From an uncultured virus (IMG/VR IMGVR_UViG_3300025314_001151) (lineage: Duplodnaviria; Heunggongvirae; Uroviricota; Caudoviricetes), in the IMG/VR virus record IMGVR_UViG_3300025314_001151: 64,000 nt of DNA, one strand, 5' to 3'. Within the stretch, counting starts at the first letter, position 1. Each line of letters begins with the position of its first letter. Of the stretch, positions 1 through 9,822 are shown piece by piece. A program made the translations under genes and the position numbers. The notes beneath the pieces are model-generated. The model saw nothing but the letters and a program-made list of their open reading frames with translations. It had not been told where the DNA came from and searched no databases.

Positions 1-444
1 AAGCTTGGATATTTACAATTACCATCGAAATGGTCAATTATAGGTACTTTCCATGTTTCTCTGTAAAACTGCTCCAAAAATCCTAATAATTCTTCATCTG
101 TAAATTCTGTAAAATAATTGATTTGTAATCCTGCCATTTTTAGAGCTTTATTCCAGCTCCCAAAATGTCTCTGATATGTCTTGAAACTAGGATATTTACG
201 ATTATTACTGAAATCTTCCCATGTAGGAGATCTTCCATTCTCTTTAAAAAACCGCTCTGTTCCATCTTCCAAAATGTTTCTTATATGTACCAGAACAAGG
301 ATATTTAGAATCATTGTCTAGATCTCTAGATTCAGGAATTCTTCCCTTTTCTTCATGAAATTGTCTCAAATATTCTAACAGTTCATTGTCAGTATATCCT
401 TTATGTTTCTTTTTGATATCATGTCGATCTATTAAATTTACCAT
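1..444 (-). pseudogene. Homing-endonuclease-associated repeat protein, frameshifted; runs off window start
   Basis: Repeats YTDNELLEYLRQF..GRIP...KYP..TYKKHFGRWN continue in another frame (FFKENGRSPTWEDF..KYPSFKTYQRHFGSWNKAL..FTDEELLGFLEQF) after an apparent internal deletion near 250. Confidence 0.7.
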
Positions 445-456
445 TGTTACCTCTTT

Positions 457-786
457 TTACTCAGGAAAAGGAACATACATTCCACATTTGCTCAATGATT
501 TTTTAGTGAAATCATGAAGAGGTATTTGTTCTAAAATCCTTGAAGTCTTGACTTCTTCTGAATATGAATCCCAATATTTAGATCTATATGACTTTACAAA
601 TTTTATAGGAACATCTACAGCATCGATGACAACATCTAAAATATCAGTATTGTCCAACTGTTCCTTTGGTTCACCTAGTTCATTGGCTAAAGATACAAGA
701 ATACAATCCCTTATCTTTTCTGCTTCTAATAGTTTACGAAAGTCATTTGGTAATTCTGAAAATTTAGAAATTTCTGATGTTGACAT
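457..786 (-). CDS. Hypothetical protein (109 aa)
   Basis: ORF with upstream GGAG, co-oriented with neighbours. Confidence 0.6.
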   Translation of the reverse strand: MSTSEISKFSELPNDFRKLLEAEKIRDCILVSLANELGEPKEQLDNTDILDVVIDAVDVPIKFVKSYRSKYWDSYSEEVKTSRILEQIPLHDFTKKSLSKCGMYVPFPE

Positions 787-823
787 AAATCTCCATTTGT
801 ATTATTATTTGTATTCAATATAA

Positions 824-1174
824 TTATCTTGGAATACTTTTCCTTATTGCTTTTAAAATATCTCGCTTTTTTTCTTCTTTACTTTCCTTTATTAACTTAT
901 TTTCTTCTTTACTTTCCTTTATTAATTTATCTATTTCAGATCTGGATAATTTGCTAAAATCTCTTGTTACACTCTCAAATTCGGAGATAGTAATAATAGG
1001 TTTGCCAGTCTTTTGTTCATGTTTTTTATGAAAGAGCGAACATGCAGATGCAATATCTGATTCTGCTTCTTTAATATCTTTCATTATAGTCTTCTTAATA
1101 TTACGAGCGGCTATATCACATAACATGACCTTGCCTTTAATATGTTTGTCTTTGTGTGACATTTTATCAATCAT
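824..1174 (-). CDS. Hypothetical basic protein with short internal duplication (KLIKESKEE x2)
   Basis: ORF track; internal repeat visible. Confidence 0.55.
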   Translation of the reverse strand: MIDKMSHKDKHIKGKVMLCDIAARNIKKTIMKDIKEAESDIASACSLFHKKHEQKTGKPIITISEFESVTRDFSKLSRSEIDKLIKESKEENKLIKESKEEKKRDILKAIRKSIPR

Positions 1175-1187
1175 TATTGATTCAGTT

Positions 1188-1409
1188 TTACTTCTTCATA
1201 TATTCGACAGTCACTAGAGCTGTAAAACCAGGATTGACTGCAACGTTCAATTGGGCAGGCGTTACATATCCAGCTACGTCACCAAATGTTATTGAATACA
1301 TTCCTTGTTCTAGTTCTATGTTGATATCTCTTGTGCCTCTATATTCTCCGTTAATCATTACATCTCCATTGACTGGTGTCGTTATTATATGTAAAAATCC
1401 TCTTGCCAT
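1188..1409 (-). CDS. Single PEGA-domain protein
   Basis: G.L.I.T.P..G.V.ING..RG..GY pattern. Confidence 0.7.
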   Translation of the reverse strand: MARGFLHIITTPVNGDVMINGEYRGTRDINIELEQGMYSITFGDVAGYVTPAQLNVAVNPGFTALVTVEYMKK

Positions 1410-1435
1410 ATTTTTCGCCTCTTATATATTATGTC

Positions 1436-1990
1436 TTATTTCTTCTTGGACATTAGCATCATAGCTCCTATAGCAAGACCTGCTACTAGGAACATTCCTC
1501 CTCCTCCAAAACCTGCTTCGACTATTGGTATCATTTCTTGAGATATAATCTCACCTTGTCCTAATGTAAGATCGATATTACCAGTTACATCTAGATATCC
1601 TTCACGATATAATCTGTATGTATGAGGACCAAGACCTAGTTCACATATCAATGATGGAGTAGTCTCTGTCCTTAATATATCATCTATGTATATCGATGCT
1701 CCAGGAGGATTGGTATTGAAATATATACACCCTTCATTAGGAATTAGTGAAGGACTTGGTATATATATAATTGTTCCAGCTTCTACAAATACTGTGGTTG
1801 TATAAGCTGGAACAACTGTCATTCTAATGGTAACATCGTGAAATCCTTCTGTTATACCTGTTATGGTATCTGGAGTGGTCTTACCAATTTGCAATATGTC
1901 ATCTATTAGAATGGATGCACCAGGAGGAAATGATATTATATATAGACTTCCAGTGGCTAATATATTTACTGCTGTACATTGTTCTACCAT
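1436..1990 (-). CDS. PEGA-domain protein with C-terminal membrane anchor
   Basis: Two S/T-PPGASI-IDD PEGA repeats; Gly-rich linker, hydrophobic helix, KKK. Confidence 0.8.
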   Translation of the reverse strand: MVEQCTAVNILATGSLYIISFPPGASILIDDILQIGKTTPDTITGITEGFHDVTIRMTVVPAYTTTVFVEAGTIIYIPSPSLIPNEGCIYFNTNPPGASIYIDDILRTETTPSLICELGLGPHTYRLYREGYLDVTGNIDLTLGQGEIISQEMIPIVEAGFGGGGMFLVAGLAIGAMMLMSKKK

Positions 1991-2019
1991 TTTACTATTT
2001 TCTCCTATGTAGCATCAAT

Positions 2020-2391
2020 TCATCCTGTACTGGCACATATATTGTTTCTACCGGCTCCAAGGTTTATGTCTGAAAATATTGTATTTACAATATCTCCCGC
2101 TGCCAATGTCACTTGAGATAATGTATACGTTGTTGGAATAGAAGAGCCTGGAGGAGTTATATTGAGTGTTGGTACAAACATGCCAACAATGTTTCCAATA
2201 TTCTGCCATGTGACAGTGATATTCATTATTATTGGAAATGAACAGTCATTTGATTGACATATTACATTACATTCGTTCATACAATGTGTGATACCTACGG
2301 ATATGTCCGTTATAATGATATTTATACCTCCAGGTGGGGGAACCAAACCTGCAAGTGCTGATGAACCATATGCATATCCTCCAAGTGTCAT
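2020..2391 (-). CDS. Beta-rich (Ig/CARDB-like) hypothetical protein
   Basis: ITVTWQNIG..G motif, Cys cluster. Confidence 0.5.
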   Translation of the reverse strand: MTLGGYAYGSSALAGLVPPPGGINIIITDISVGITHCMNECNVICQSNDCSFPIIMNITVTWQNIGNIVGMFVPTLNITPPGSSIPTTYTLSQVTLAAGDIVNTIFSDINLGAGRNNICASTG

Positions 2392-2436
2392 ATATCTCCT
2401 TATAATATCTTCTTCATAATTTTATAATTGATCAAT

Positions 2437-3582
2437 TTATAACTTCATAATAAAGAATACTTCTTGGAATTTTGGTCTGTTTTCATGTGGCTGACCGCCA
2501 CCTGTATAATTCGTACCAATAGCTGTATCGTATCCACTTGGATTTCCCCAAGTTTGACCACTGCCACTTAAATTAGGTACACCTGTATGATTGTGACTTG
2601 GCATCTCTGCTATAGTTAATGTATGACTATTTTCACCACCAGTAGAGAGTTGTGTCTTCATAGTCTTCCCTGTAGTTGCACCACAAAGGAAAACTTGTCC
2701 ACGAAGGTCTGGTGTTCCATTTGTACCATCACAAAGTTGCCAACCAGCAGGAATGTTTGCTACATCACCATAATATGGCATGATACAACCGGAAAAGAAT
2801 ATTCCTCCATAAAACTGCCATGTGGCTGTTGTCGGACCTGTTGCGGCTAGAATTTGACCAGAAATTGGGGCAGATGATGTAGAAACATCTACCGTTGTCG
2901 TAGCACTCTTCAACGACTTAGCCGTTACATTATTTGTAGGATCTGTAATAGTCTTGTTTGTCAGTGATTGTGTATTTGTCGTACCAACTACTGCACCTGT
3001 AACTCCATGAGCTGTCGATGCTGCTACATGGTTCGTTAGATTTGTGATAGCATTATCTATTTGAGCATGAGTATTTGTACCTACATTTGATAGATTTGTA
3101 GTATGGTCACCTATGGTGCCGGCATGTCTTGAGATACCATGTATCTGTGCAGGCGCATCTCCTAATGAATCGAAATTGTGTATATTTGTTGTTATTGATG
3201 AATGTGTATATAGGGCAGAATCTACTTTACTTTGAGAATCGGATTGTAAATCAGAAATTGTCTTAGCTGTCACAGAAAGAATCATCTTATATGTCTTTCC
3301 TATGATGTTCTTATCTGTAGCAATTGTCCCTTCTTGGGCTCTTAATATTGTCAATATATCAGTAGATTTTATTATACATCTGACTATCTCTTTGTTTGGA
3401 TCATCAGAAGGGTCGGGATAGTCTGTATAGTTCCACCACACAAGATTGAACGCACCATCTATAGATGGATCAGGAAGTTTTGCACCATCTCCAGGGTTGA
3501 TAAGTATGCTGGTTTCTGTGTTATCATACGGTATTGATACCGTTGTCTTTGCAAAATTTTTTAATGGATCTATCATTGACAA
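2437..3582 (-). CDS. Tail-fibre-like protein with C-terminal phage tail-collar domain
   Basis: GCIMPYYG..IPAGWQLCDGTNGTPDLRG and GGENSHTLTIAEMPSHNH...GGGQPHENRP motifs; His/Thr-rich fibre segment. Confidence 0.8.
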   Translation of the reverse strand: MSMIDPLKNFAKTTVSIPYDNTETSILINPGDGAKLPDPSIDGAFNLVWWNYTDYPDPSDDPNKEIVRCIIKSTDILTILRAQEGTIATDKNIIGKTYKMILSVTAKTISDLQSDSQSKVDSALYTHSSITTNIHNFDSLGDAPAQIHGISRHAGTIGDHTTNLSNVGTNTHAQIDNAITNLTNHVAASTAHGVTGAVVGTTNTQSLTNKTITDPTNNVTAKSLKSATTTVDVSTSSAPISGQILAATGPTTATWQFYGGIFFSGCIMPYYGDVANIPAGWQLCDGTNGTPDLRGQVFLCGATTGKTMKTQLSTGGENSHTLTIAEMPSHNHTGVPNLSGSGQTWGNPSGYDTAIGTNYTGGGQPHENRPKFQEVFFIMKL

Positions 3583-3612
3583 TACCTCATGATTTTATTG
3601 AATCTCATATGA

Positions 3613-4458
3613 TTATTTTGGTCTAGATATCATCATCATTCCTAAGATAGCAGCACCAGCCAACAATATTACACCAGTCCCTTCTGATTGTAGTTGTACA
3701 GATACTATTGCAGGTGTGTCATAACCTGTTACAACTGTAAAATCTCCCTTGGCAGGAGTATATCCAGACAATCTCAATTCGTATGTATGATATCCAGGAG
3801 TCATCATTGTCAAAAATGATGTATATGCTCCTATGTCTACATCATCTATAAAAATTTCTGCTCCCATTGGTATAGATTCTATAAGTAAGAGTCCCATATC
3901 TGGAGTAGAAAGAACAGATGGAAGATGAAGATTTGTTATCTTTCCTGAATTTATAACAAAAGAACCTAATATTGGAGTATAGTTTGTCAAACCTCCTTCA
4001 TAGGCATTAATGCCGGCTGGAATATCTGGTATACTTACTGGTGATACATATGAACCTGTTCCTCCTGCATATATGCCAAATTCTACTCCTGGAGGAGTAC
4101 TCGTTACATTTAGTGTACCAGTACCAATAGGTGGGACTATAGGCGTCATTATAGCGAAAAAAGAACTCGTTGAGCCATCCTCGATTGTAACAGTATCAAT
4201 AAAATCGTTATATCCAGAAAGGATTATCTTAATGTCATGATCACCTGCAGATAGATCTGATATCAATGCTGATGCACGTATTCCAGTATCAACATCATCA
4301 ATATATATTTTTCCTCCTGGAGGAATAGAAATAATAGCAATATTTCCTGATTGCATAGTCATAAGTCTTGTTGACATGTTTGATAATTTTTCAGTTAATC
4401 TTTCAGTTAATTTTTTAGTTTTGCGTATAGAAGGAAATCTTTCTGGAATGGGTATCAT
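3613..4458 (-). CDS. PEGA-repeat protein with C-terminal membrane anchor
   Basis: Three PEGA-like repeats, hydrophobic tail ending RPK. Confidence 0.8.
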   Translation of the reverse strand: MIPIPERFPSIRKTKKLTERLTEKLSNMSTRLMTMQSGNIAIISIPPGGKIYIDDVDTGIRASALISDLSAGDHDIKIILSGYNDFIDTVTIEDGSTSSFFAIMTPIVPPIGTGTLNVTSTPPGVEFGIYAGGTGSYVSPVSIPDIPAGINAYEGGLTNYTPILGSFVINSGKITNLHLPSVLSTPDMGLLLIESIPMGAEIFIDDVDIGAYTSFLTMMTPGYHTYELRLSGYTPAKGDFTVVTGYDTPAIVSVQLQSEGTGVILLAGAAILGMMMISRPK

Positions 4459-4554
4459 ATCAAATCACTTTTCTTTACAAGGTCTTAATTGAGCTCTCAA
4501 TATGTATATTTTCTCGGATTATTATTTTGTGCTCATCTTATGTCTATTTTCTCA

Positions 4555-4743
4555 TTATTCTTTTGTACATATGTTCATCTTATCAATTTCTTCTTTTAAC
4601 CATCTATATTTTTCGATCATCTTTTCTGAATAATGATTTTCTATCAGTATATCTAGTTGTGTATCAAGAGCTTTTATTATCATATTTTTCTTCTCTGATT
4701 CTAGACATACAGAAAATAATTTTTGTTCTGGAAAGACTGACAT
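4555..4743 (-). CDS. Small hypothetical protein
   Basis: ORF directly downstream of a tandem repeat. Confidence 0.5.
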   Translation of the reverse strand: MSVFPEQKLFSVCLESEKKNMIIKALDTQLDILIENHYSEKMIEKYRWLKEEIDKMNICTKE

Positions 4744-4749
4744 TTTTGT

Positions 4750-4964
4750 CCTTTGTCAATTGAATATGTTTTTATTCCTTTGTCAATTGAATATGTTTTT
4801 ATTCCTTTTTTAATTGAATATGTTTTTATTCCTTTTTTAATTGGATATGTTTTTATTCCTTTTTTAATTGGATATGTTTTTATTCCTTTTTTAATTGGAT
4901 ATGTTTTTATTCCTTTTTTAATTGGATATGTTTTTATTCCTTTTTTAATTGGATATGTTTTTAT
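4750..4964. repeat. Tandem direct repeat, 27-nt unit (TTCCTTTTTTAATTGGATATGTTTTTA), about 8 copies
   Basis: Directly visible; no spacers; variants ordered along the array. Confidence 0.95.
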
Positions 4965-7621
4965 TTAGAAGATAGCATCATAGCTAGAGCAGCAATCCCT
5001 ATTAAGCCAAATACAATGCCTCCTCCTTCTCCTGCAGAAGGTTTGCTCATTGTCACATTTATAGGACCTGTTACTTGACCTGCAGTTATAGTAAAGTTTC
5101 CTATGGCATCTTGATAATCTGGATAAGTTAGTTTGTATCTATATGAACCTTCTTCCAAATTGGATAATACAGTTGGATTTCCAATTGGACCTGTAATATA
5201 TAACATATCCTGGAATGTTCCGCCAATTTCAATATATATTTCTGCTCCTTGTGGACCACTTGCTATACTGAGACTTCCTTTTGTTGGAGCTGATAATGTA
5301 AGGGTCGGACTTACTATCGTAGTCTGTCCAGCAGTTATGTTAAATACATTGATATAGTCTTGATATCCAATCTTTGTCAATTTGTAACTATATGTACCAG
5401 CAGTCAATGTTGTTATTACAGTCGGTGAACTTGGAGTTCCAGTAACGTATTCAGTATCTTGATATATTCCGTCTGTCATTAAATATATTCTTGCACCTTC
5501 AGGTACACTTGATATGTTAAGAGTACCCAATGTAGGAAGAGGAGTTAAAGTTCCTGCATTATAATCTAATGTTTGTCCAACAGTTATACTAAAAGAACCT
5601 GTCTTATTTTGATAGCCTGTTAGAGATAGTTCATAGTTATGATTTCCTGAGGATAGATTATCTATGGTATTAGCTCCCACACAACCTCCTCCAGAAAGTG
5701 CAGTTAATTTTCCTATTTGAATGGTATTATCAATTTTGATCGATGCTCCAGAAGGACTGCTGTGAATACATACACTACCTGTAGTCGATGTTAAAGTCAT
5801 AGTTACTAATACGTCTGTTGTAACATTTCCAACTACTGTTGCAGAACCTGTAGCAGTATTATATCCTGTTTTTATTACTTGATAATTGACTATTCTTCCG
5901 GCAGTCAAACTACTAATAGTCAACATGCCATTGATATCTGTAGTTCCTTTAAGAGTTGGTATATCTCCGATAAAATGCACTGCCGCACCACTAATTCCAG
6001 GAGGAGATGTTATGAATCTAAGATGTCCAGGATTCTGACTTATAGAAACCATATTATAATTGAGAGTGGTATTATTATATATGTATTGAGGATCAGGACC
6101 TATTGTATTATATCCAGTCTTTGTTATTGTAACATTGATAGTTCCTTGATCTACTCTAAATCTCCTGAAACCATTTGAATCTGTCAAAAGCGTTTGAGTG
6201 CCTATTGTTATGCTTGCTCCTGATATAGGATTTGTAGTAACGCTATCACTCACATATAGATCTACATCCCACTGTATTATTGGCATAGATAGACCAATTG
6301 CCAGTTCTGTACTTATACATTGTCCAATTACAGAAGCCTTTACATAATATGTGCCAGGTGATAAACCTGTCGTATTCCAATTTATAGAGCACGTACCATT
6401 CGATGAGATACATGTTCCTAATACAGTATTTGATCTGTCAGTAAATGTTACTGTATATGGTTGAGTTGTTGGAGTTATACCATATGCAGTTAATGTTATA
6501 ATATCTCCAATATTTGCTGTTATGGTACTAGCATCTATTGAGATTCCTGTACATGTTGGTATTGACTTAGAAATTGTTGTTGTTTGTGTATTTGTCAAGA
6601 CCCATGCGCCATTCCAACCATAACCTTCTATAGTTAGTGTGACATCGGTACTTGGCATTGTATAATTCACTGTTGGACTCCAATATTGAGTTCCAGTAAA
6701 TGTAGCAAGGGAAGGTGTATTTTGATCGCTTATTGTAACATTGTTTGCCTTAAATACTGCTCTAACCTTTCCTGTACCACCAGAATTAGTAATATCAGCT
6801 TTTATCGGAAAATTTGTTCCTACAGGTATAACTGGCTGTTGTGGAGGAATTGAACATATTGCACCAAGACCGCTGCCCCAGCAAACATTGTACACGTTGG
6901 CAACTGATGGTGTTGTATAAGTAGGAAGTTTATATACTTCCATTGCCCATGCATCTCCAGAAAGACTTTGCCATCTACATGGAGCCATGTCAACATATGC
7001 AGCTCTTTCTGTAGCAGACGTATATGACCGGGAAAATTCCATGCGTTCGTATCCTGTTCCTGATGTTGCACTATTACATGCATAATCACTTGGGTATACT
7101 ACAATCCAATATGGTACATTTGCTGCAGGTAATATTGTCAAAAAGTCGACAGTCATAGGACCATATGTTGTTGGAATATTTCCATATGGGACAAGTATGT
7201 CTACTATTCTTCCAGTAGAAGATCCTGGAGTTCCACTTGGAGATCCTGAAGAATCTTGTCTTATCTCGAAATGCATACTGTAATTGCCATATCTCTTAAC
7301 ATTATTAAATAGTACAAAATCTAAACATCTAGATGTTGGAACTATTTTCTGGGCCATTGCATATCCCTTATATATTACGAAACCTCCAGTCTGGGATGTA
7401 GCCCTATATATGTCAAGTGTGGGAGTACCAGTACAAGAATCAGAATATGCCAAAGTTTTTATGTTTAGCGTTGCTTCTGGATAATCTATTTCTGGATAAT
7501 CTATCGTATAACCTTGTTTATACAAATTTATTATTTCATCTATAGACAATTTTTCTATGGAGTCTATGCTCAATTTTAAATTGTCTAAACATTTACATGC
7601 CATATTAGATACCTTTTGCAA
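4961..7621 (-). CDS. Large Ig-like/PEGA surface or virion protein with C-terminal anchor
   Basis: Thr/Ser/Gly-rich beta repeats, several PEGA motifs, C-terminal TM; N-terminal domain near-identical to 9823..11163; true start probably the ATG near 7603. Confidence 0.8.
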   Translation of the reverse strand: MQKVSNMACKCLDNLKLSIDSIEKLSIDEIINLYKQGYTIDYPEIDYPEATLNIKTLAYSDSCTGTPTLDIYRATSQTGGFVIYKGYAMAQKIVPTSRCLDFVLFNNVKRYGNYSMHFEIRQDSSGSPSGTPGSSTGRIVDILVPYGNIPTTYGPMTVDFLTILPAANVPYWIVVYPSDYACNSATSGTGYERMEFSRSYTSATERAAYVDMAPCRWQSLSGDAWAMEVYKLPTYTTPSVANVYNVCWGSGLGAICSIPPQQPVIPVGTNFPIKADITNSGGTGKVRAVFKANNVTISDQNTPSLATFTGTQYWSPTVNYTMPSTDVTLTIEGYGWNGAWVLTNTQTTTISKSIPTCTGISIDASTITANIGDIITLTAYGITPTTQPYTVTFTDRSNTVLGTCISSNGTCSINWNTTGLSPGTYYVKASVIGQCISTELAIGLSMPIIQWDVDLYVSDSVTTNPISGASITIGTQTLLTDSNGFRRFRVDQGTINVTITKTGYNTIGPDPQYIYNNTTLNYNMVSISQNPGHLRFITSPPGISGAAVHFIGDIPTLKGTTDINGMLTISSLTAGRIVNYQVIKTGYNTATGSATVVGNVTTDVLVTMTLTSTTGSVCIHSSPSGASIKIDNTIQIGKLTALSGGGCVGANTIDNLSSGNHNYELSLTGYQNKTGSFSITVGQTLDYNAGTLTPLPTLGTLNISSVPEGARIYLMTDGIYQDTEYVTGTPSSPTVITTLTAGTYSYKLTKIGYQDYINVFNITAGQTTIVSPTLTLSAPTKGSLSIASGPQGAEIYIEIGGTFQDMLYITGPIGNPTVLSNLEEGSYRYKLTYPDYQDAIGNFTITAGQVTGPINVTMSKPSAGEGGGIVFGLIGIAALAMMLSSK

Positions 7622-7641
7622 CGTATACTCTTGTTTGTCAA

Positions 7642-9111
7642 CTACCCCGCCCTAAAGGGCGGGGCTTGTATTGACATATTTTCAATATTTACCCTGTCCT
7701 TATCAGACATAGTTTCCTGTTTCTCAGAATTCCTATTGGATTCTCCACAGGCTCCTCCTCCAGTTGCTGGAGTGAGTTCTTTATTCTTAATTAATTCTAT
7801 ATCTTTCAATAATCTTTGATACTCAATACTTCTATTTCTAATATTGATAGATGCATTGAGATCTCGGTCTATCTCAAGACCACATTTAGAACACTTAAAT
7901 ATTCTGTCAGATAGCTCCAGATGTTCTTTATTACCGCACCCAGAACATAATTGACTCGTGTTCTTTGGATCTACAAATTCTACTATCTTACCGGCCCATT
8001 CTGCCTTGTAAGATGTAAACATCTGTAATTGATACCATGATGCATCTGAGATCGATTTTGCAAGATGATGATTCTTCACCATGTTCTGTATACTCAATTT
8101 CTCAAATGATATCAAATCAAAATTGTTAATCAGAGTTCTTGAAACTTCGTGATTGAAGTTCTTTCTCTGATTAACTATCTTTCTATGAATTTTGACTACT
8201 TTGATTCGTTCTTTTTCTCTGTTTTTAGAATTGATCTTTATTTTCTTGGTAGTCTTTTTCTTTGTCTTCTTGTCTACAATTTCTATTTCTTTTTCATATC
8301 TCTTCTTTTTAGACAATCTTCTTTGATGTTTAGTCAATTTCTTAGCAGATTCTCTAAGATATTCAGGAGGTTCTATTATCTTTCCATTACTCAATGTTGC
8401 TAGATTAGAAAGACCCATATCTGTACCAACAGATTTATTGTTCAACTCTTCTATATTGGTATATTGTCTTGGTGACGATATTTCAGAATAAGTTTCTGCA
8501 ACAAATGTCACAAAGAACTTATCGATTTCTCTTTTCACTGTAACAGTCTTTATTAGATACGGCGAACCGTTTCCAATAATTCTATGTTTAATAAATTTAA
8601 TGTCGTCTATTTTTGATAATCTTAATATGTTGCCTTTTTCGTCTTTATCTCCAGATTTATTTACAATATGACAACCGTATCCAAGTCTAGGAAATGTAAA
8701 CGAATCGTATCTTCCATATCCTTTGAATCTAGGAAATCCAGGTTTTTCTTTTGTTCCAGAGTCTGAATTATTATTCTTGACTCTTCTAAAGAAGTTATCA
8801 TATGACGTTTCAACTCTTCTTAGAACATTTTGTAATACATCTGTGTATACGTCTTGATATTCCGCACATTTTTGTCTCAATTCTGGTAATTGATCTTGTT
8901 GATCGCTATAATTAATAGACCATCCGCCTTTCTCATAAGACTTCTTCCTTTGTTCGAGACCTAAATTGTATAGATGTCTACATGTTGATAGAGTCTTATT
9001 GAGACTGACTTCTTGTTTCTTAGTAGGCTTCAATTCATATTTATATGATCTCATAATTTCTTTATGAGAATTTATTCCTACTACTTCATCTTGGTCTATT
9101 AATTGGAGCAT
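7642..9111 (-). CDS. tnpB: TnpB RNA-guided endonuclease
   Basis: PGFPRFKG, RuvC residues GTDMG / FEKL / DRDLNAS, CxxC..CxxC zinc ribbon. Confidence 0.95.
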   Translation of the reverse strand: MLQLIDQDEVVGINSHKEIMRSYKYELKPTKKQEVSLNKTLSTCRHLYNLGLEQRKKSYEKGGWSINYSDQQDQLPELRQKCAEYQDVYTDVLQNVLRRVETSYDNFFRRVKNNNSDSGTKEKPGFPRFKGYGRYDSFTFPRLGYGCHIVNKSGDKDEKGNILRLSKIDDIKFIKHRIIGNGSPYLIKTVTVKREIDKFFVTFVAETYSEISSPRQYTNIEELNNKSVGTDMGLSNLATLSNGKIIEPPEYLRESAKKLTKHQRRLSKKKRYEKEIEIVDKKTKKKTTKKIKINSKNREKERIKVVKIHRKIVNQRKNFNHEVSRTLINNFDLISFEKLSIQNMVKNHHLAKSISDASWYQLQMFTSYKAEWAGKIVEFVDPKNTSQLCSGCGNKEHLELSDRIFKCSKCGLEIDRDLNASINIRNRSIEYQRLLKDIELIKNKELTPATGGGACGESNRNSEKQETMSDKDRVNIENMSIQAPPFRAG

Positions 9112-9112
9112 A

Positions 9113-9495
9113 TTATGACCATCCGCACATATTACACTTATGAACTATTTCTTGTTTGTCGTCTTCTCCTTGAGACTCAACATATCTTTTCAATATATCT
9201 CATGTTGTCTGACCTGTCGTCAGAAGACAATATGATGTTGACCATAAATGACCTTTCCATAATTTCATCTTGATTTCTGGAAATTCTTGGAATAATATCC
9301 TAGAACTATATGGTCTTTATCAGTTTCTTGTTCTATGATTTTTACTTGGAAATCTTTTGAAATTCCTATGATGATATCTTTCAATCTGTTTGATATTTCA
9401 TCAGAAAGAATCTTTCTTCTATATTTGACACAGAATACCAGATGATAGTTCAACGAATATACTGAATGAGAACTACTGTCTAATTGGTATCTCAT
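9113..9495 (-). pseudogene. tnpA: IS200-type Y1 transposase with internal deletion and frameshift
   Basis: YHLVFCVKYRRK...DKDHI, then a jump to another frame SSRILFQEFPE..GHLWSTSYCLLTTG; second His of HUH missing. Confidence 0.85.
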
Positions 9496-9638
9496 TTTAC
9501 AAACTCTATACCTGCTATTATTGATTGTTCAACAATGTCCTTGATATTTCTCTTTTCTCCAGTCGCATTATATATTTCTGTCTGTTTCTTCAATACTACT
9601 TTATATGCATCATCTTTTACTGTTACAGTTGTCGGCAT
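9492..9638 (-). CDS. 48-aa putative ribbon-helix-helix-like protein inside the IS (MPTTVTVKDDAYKVVLKKQ...)
   Basis: Hand-translated; stop overlaps tnpA start (ATGA). Confidence 0.55.
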   Translation of the reverse strand: MPTTVTVKDDAYKVVLKKQTEIYNATGEKRNIKDIVEQSIIAGIEFVK

Positions 9639-9822
9639 ATGTTACCACCATGTTACAATAATACTTATATGGAAGTAATAGTATTTATAATTAATATATG
9701 CCCAATGTCTTTAATGTATGTATATACAGACCTTTGTTTGATATGTTTCTTTATTTCATAATCATATCTATTCCTTCGGATAACCGCGCCCTAAAGGGCG
9801 CGGACACCTTACCAAGTTGTAA

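Larger units (their letters stand above)
7637..9818 (-). mobile_element. IS200/IS605-family element (small ORF + tnpA pseudogene + tnpB)
   Basis: Left-end hairpin CCGCGCCCTTTAGGGCGCGG, right-end hairpin CCCCGCCCTTTAGGGCGGGG ending TAGTTGAC; TTAC immediately 5' of the inferred left end. Confidence 0.85.

Noticed and set aside
4750..4964. CRISPR array, or the plus-strand ORF 4753..4968
   Set aside because: Head-to-tail repeats without unique spacers; the ORF is just the 27-nt unit read in frame; no cas genes
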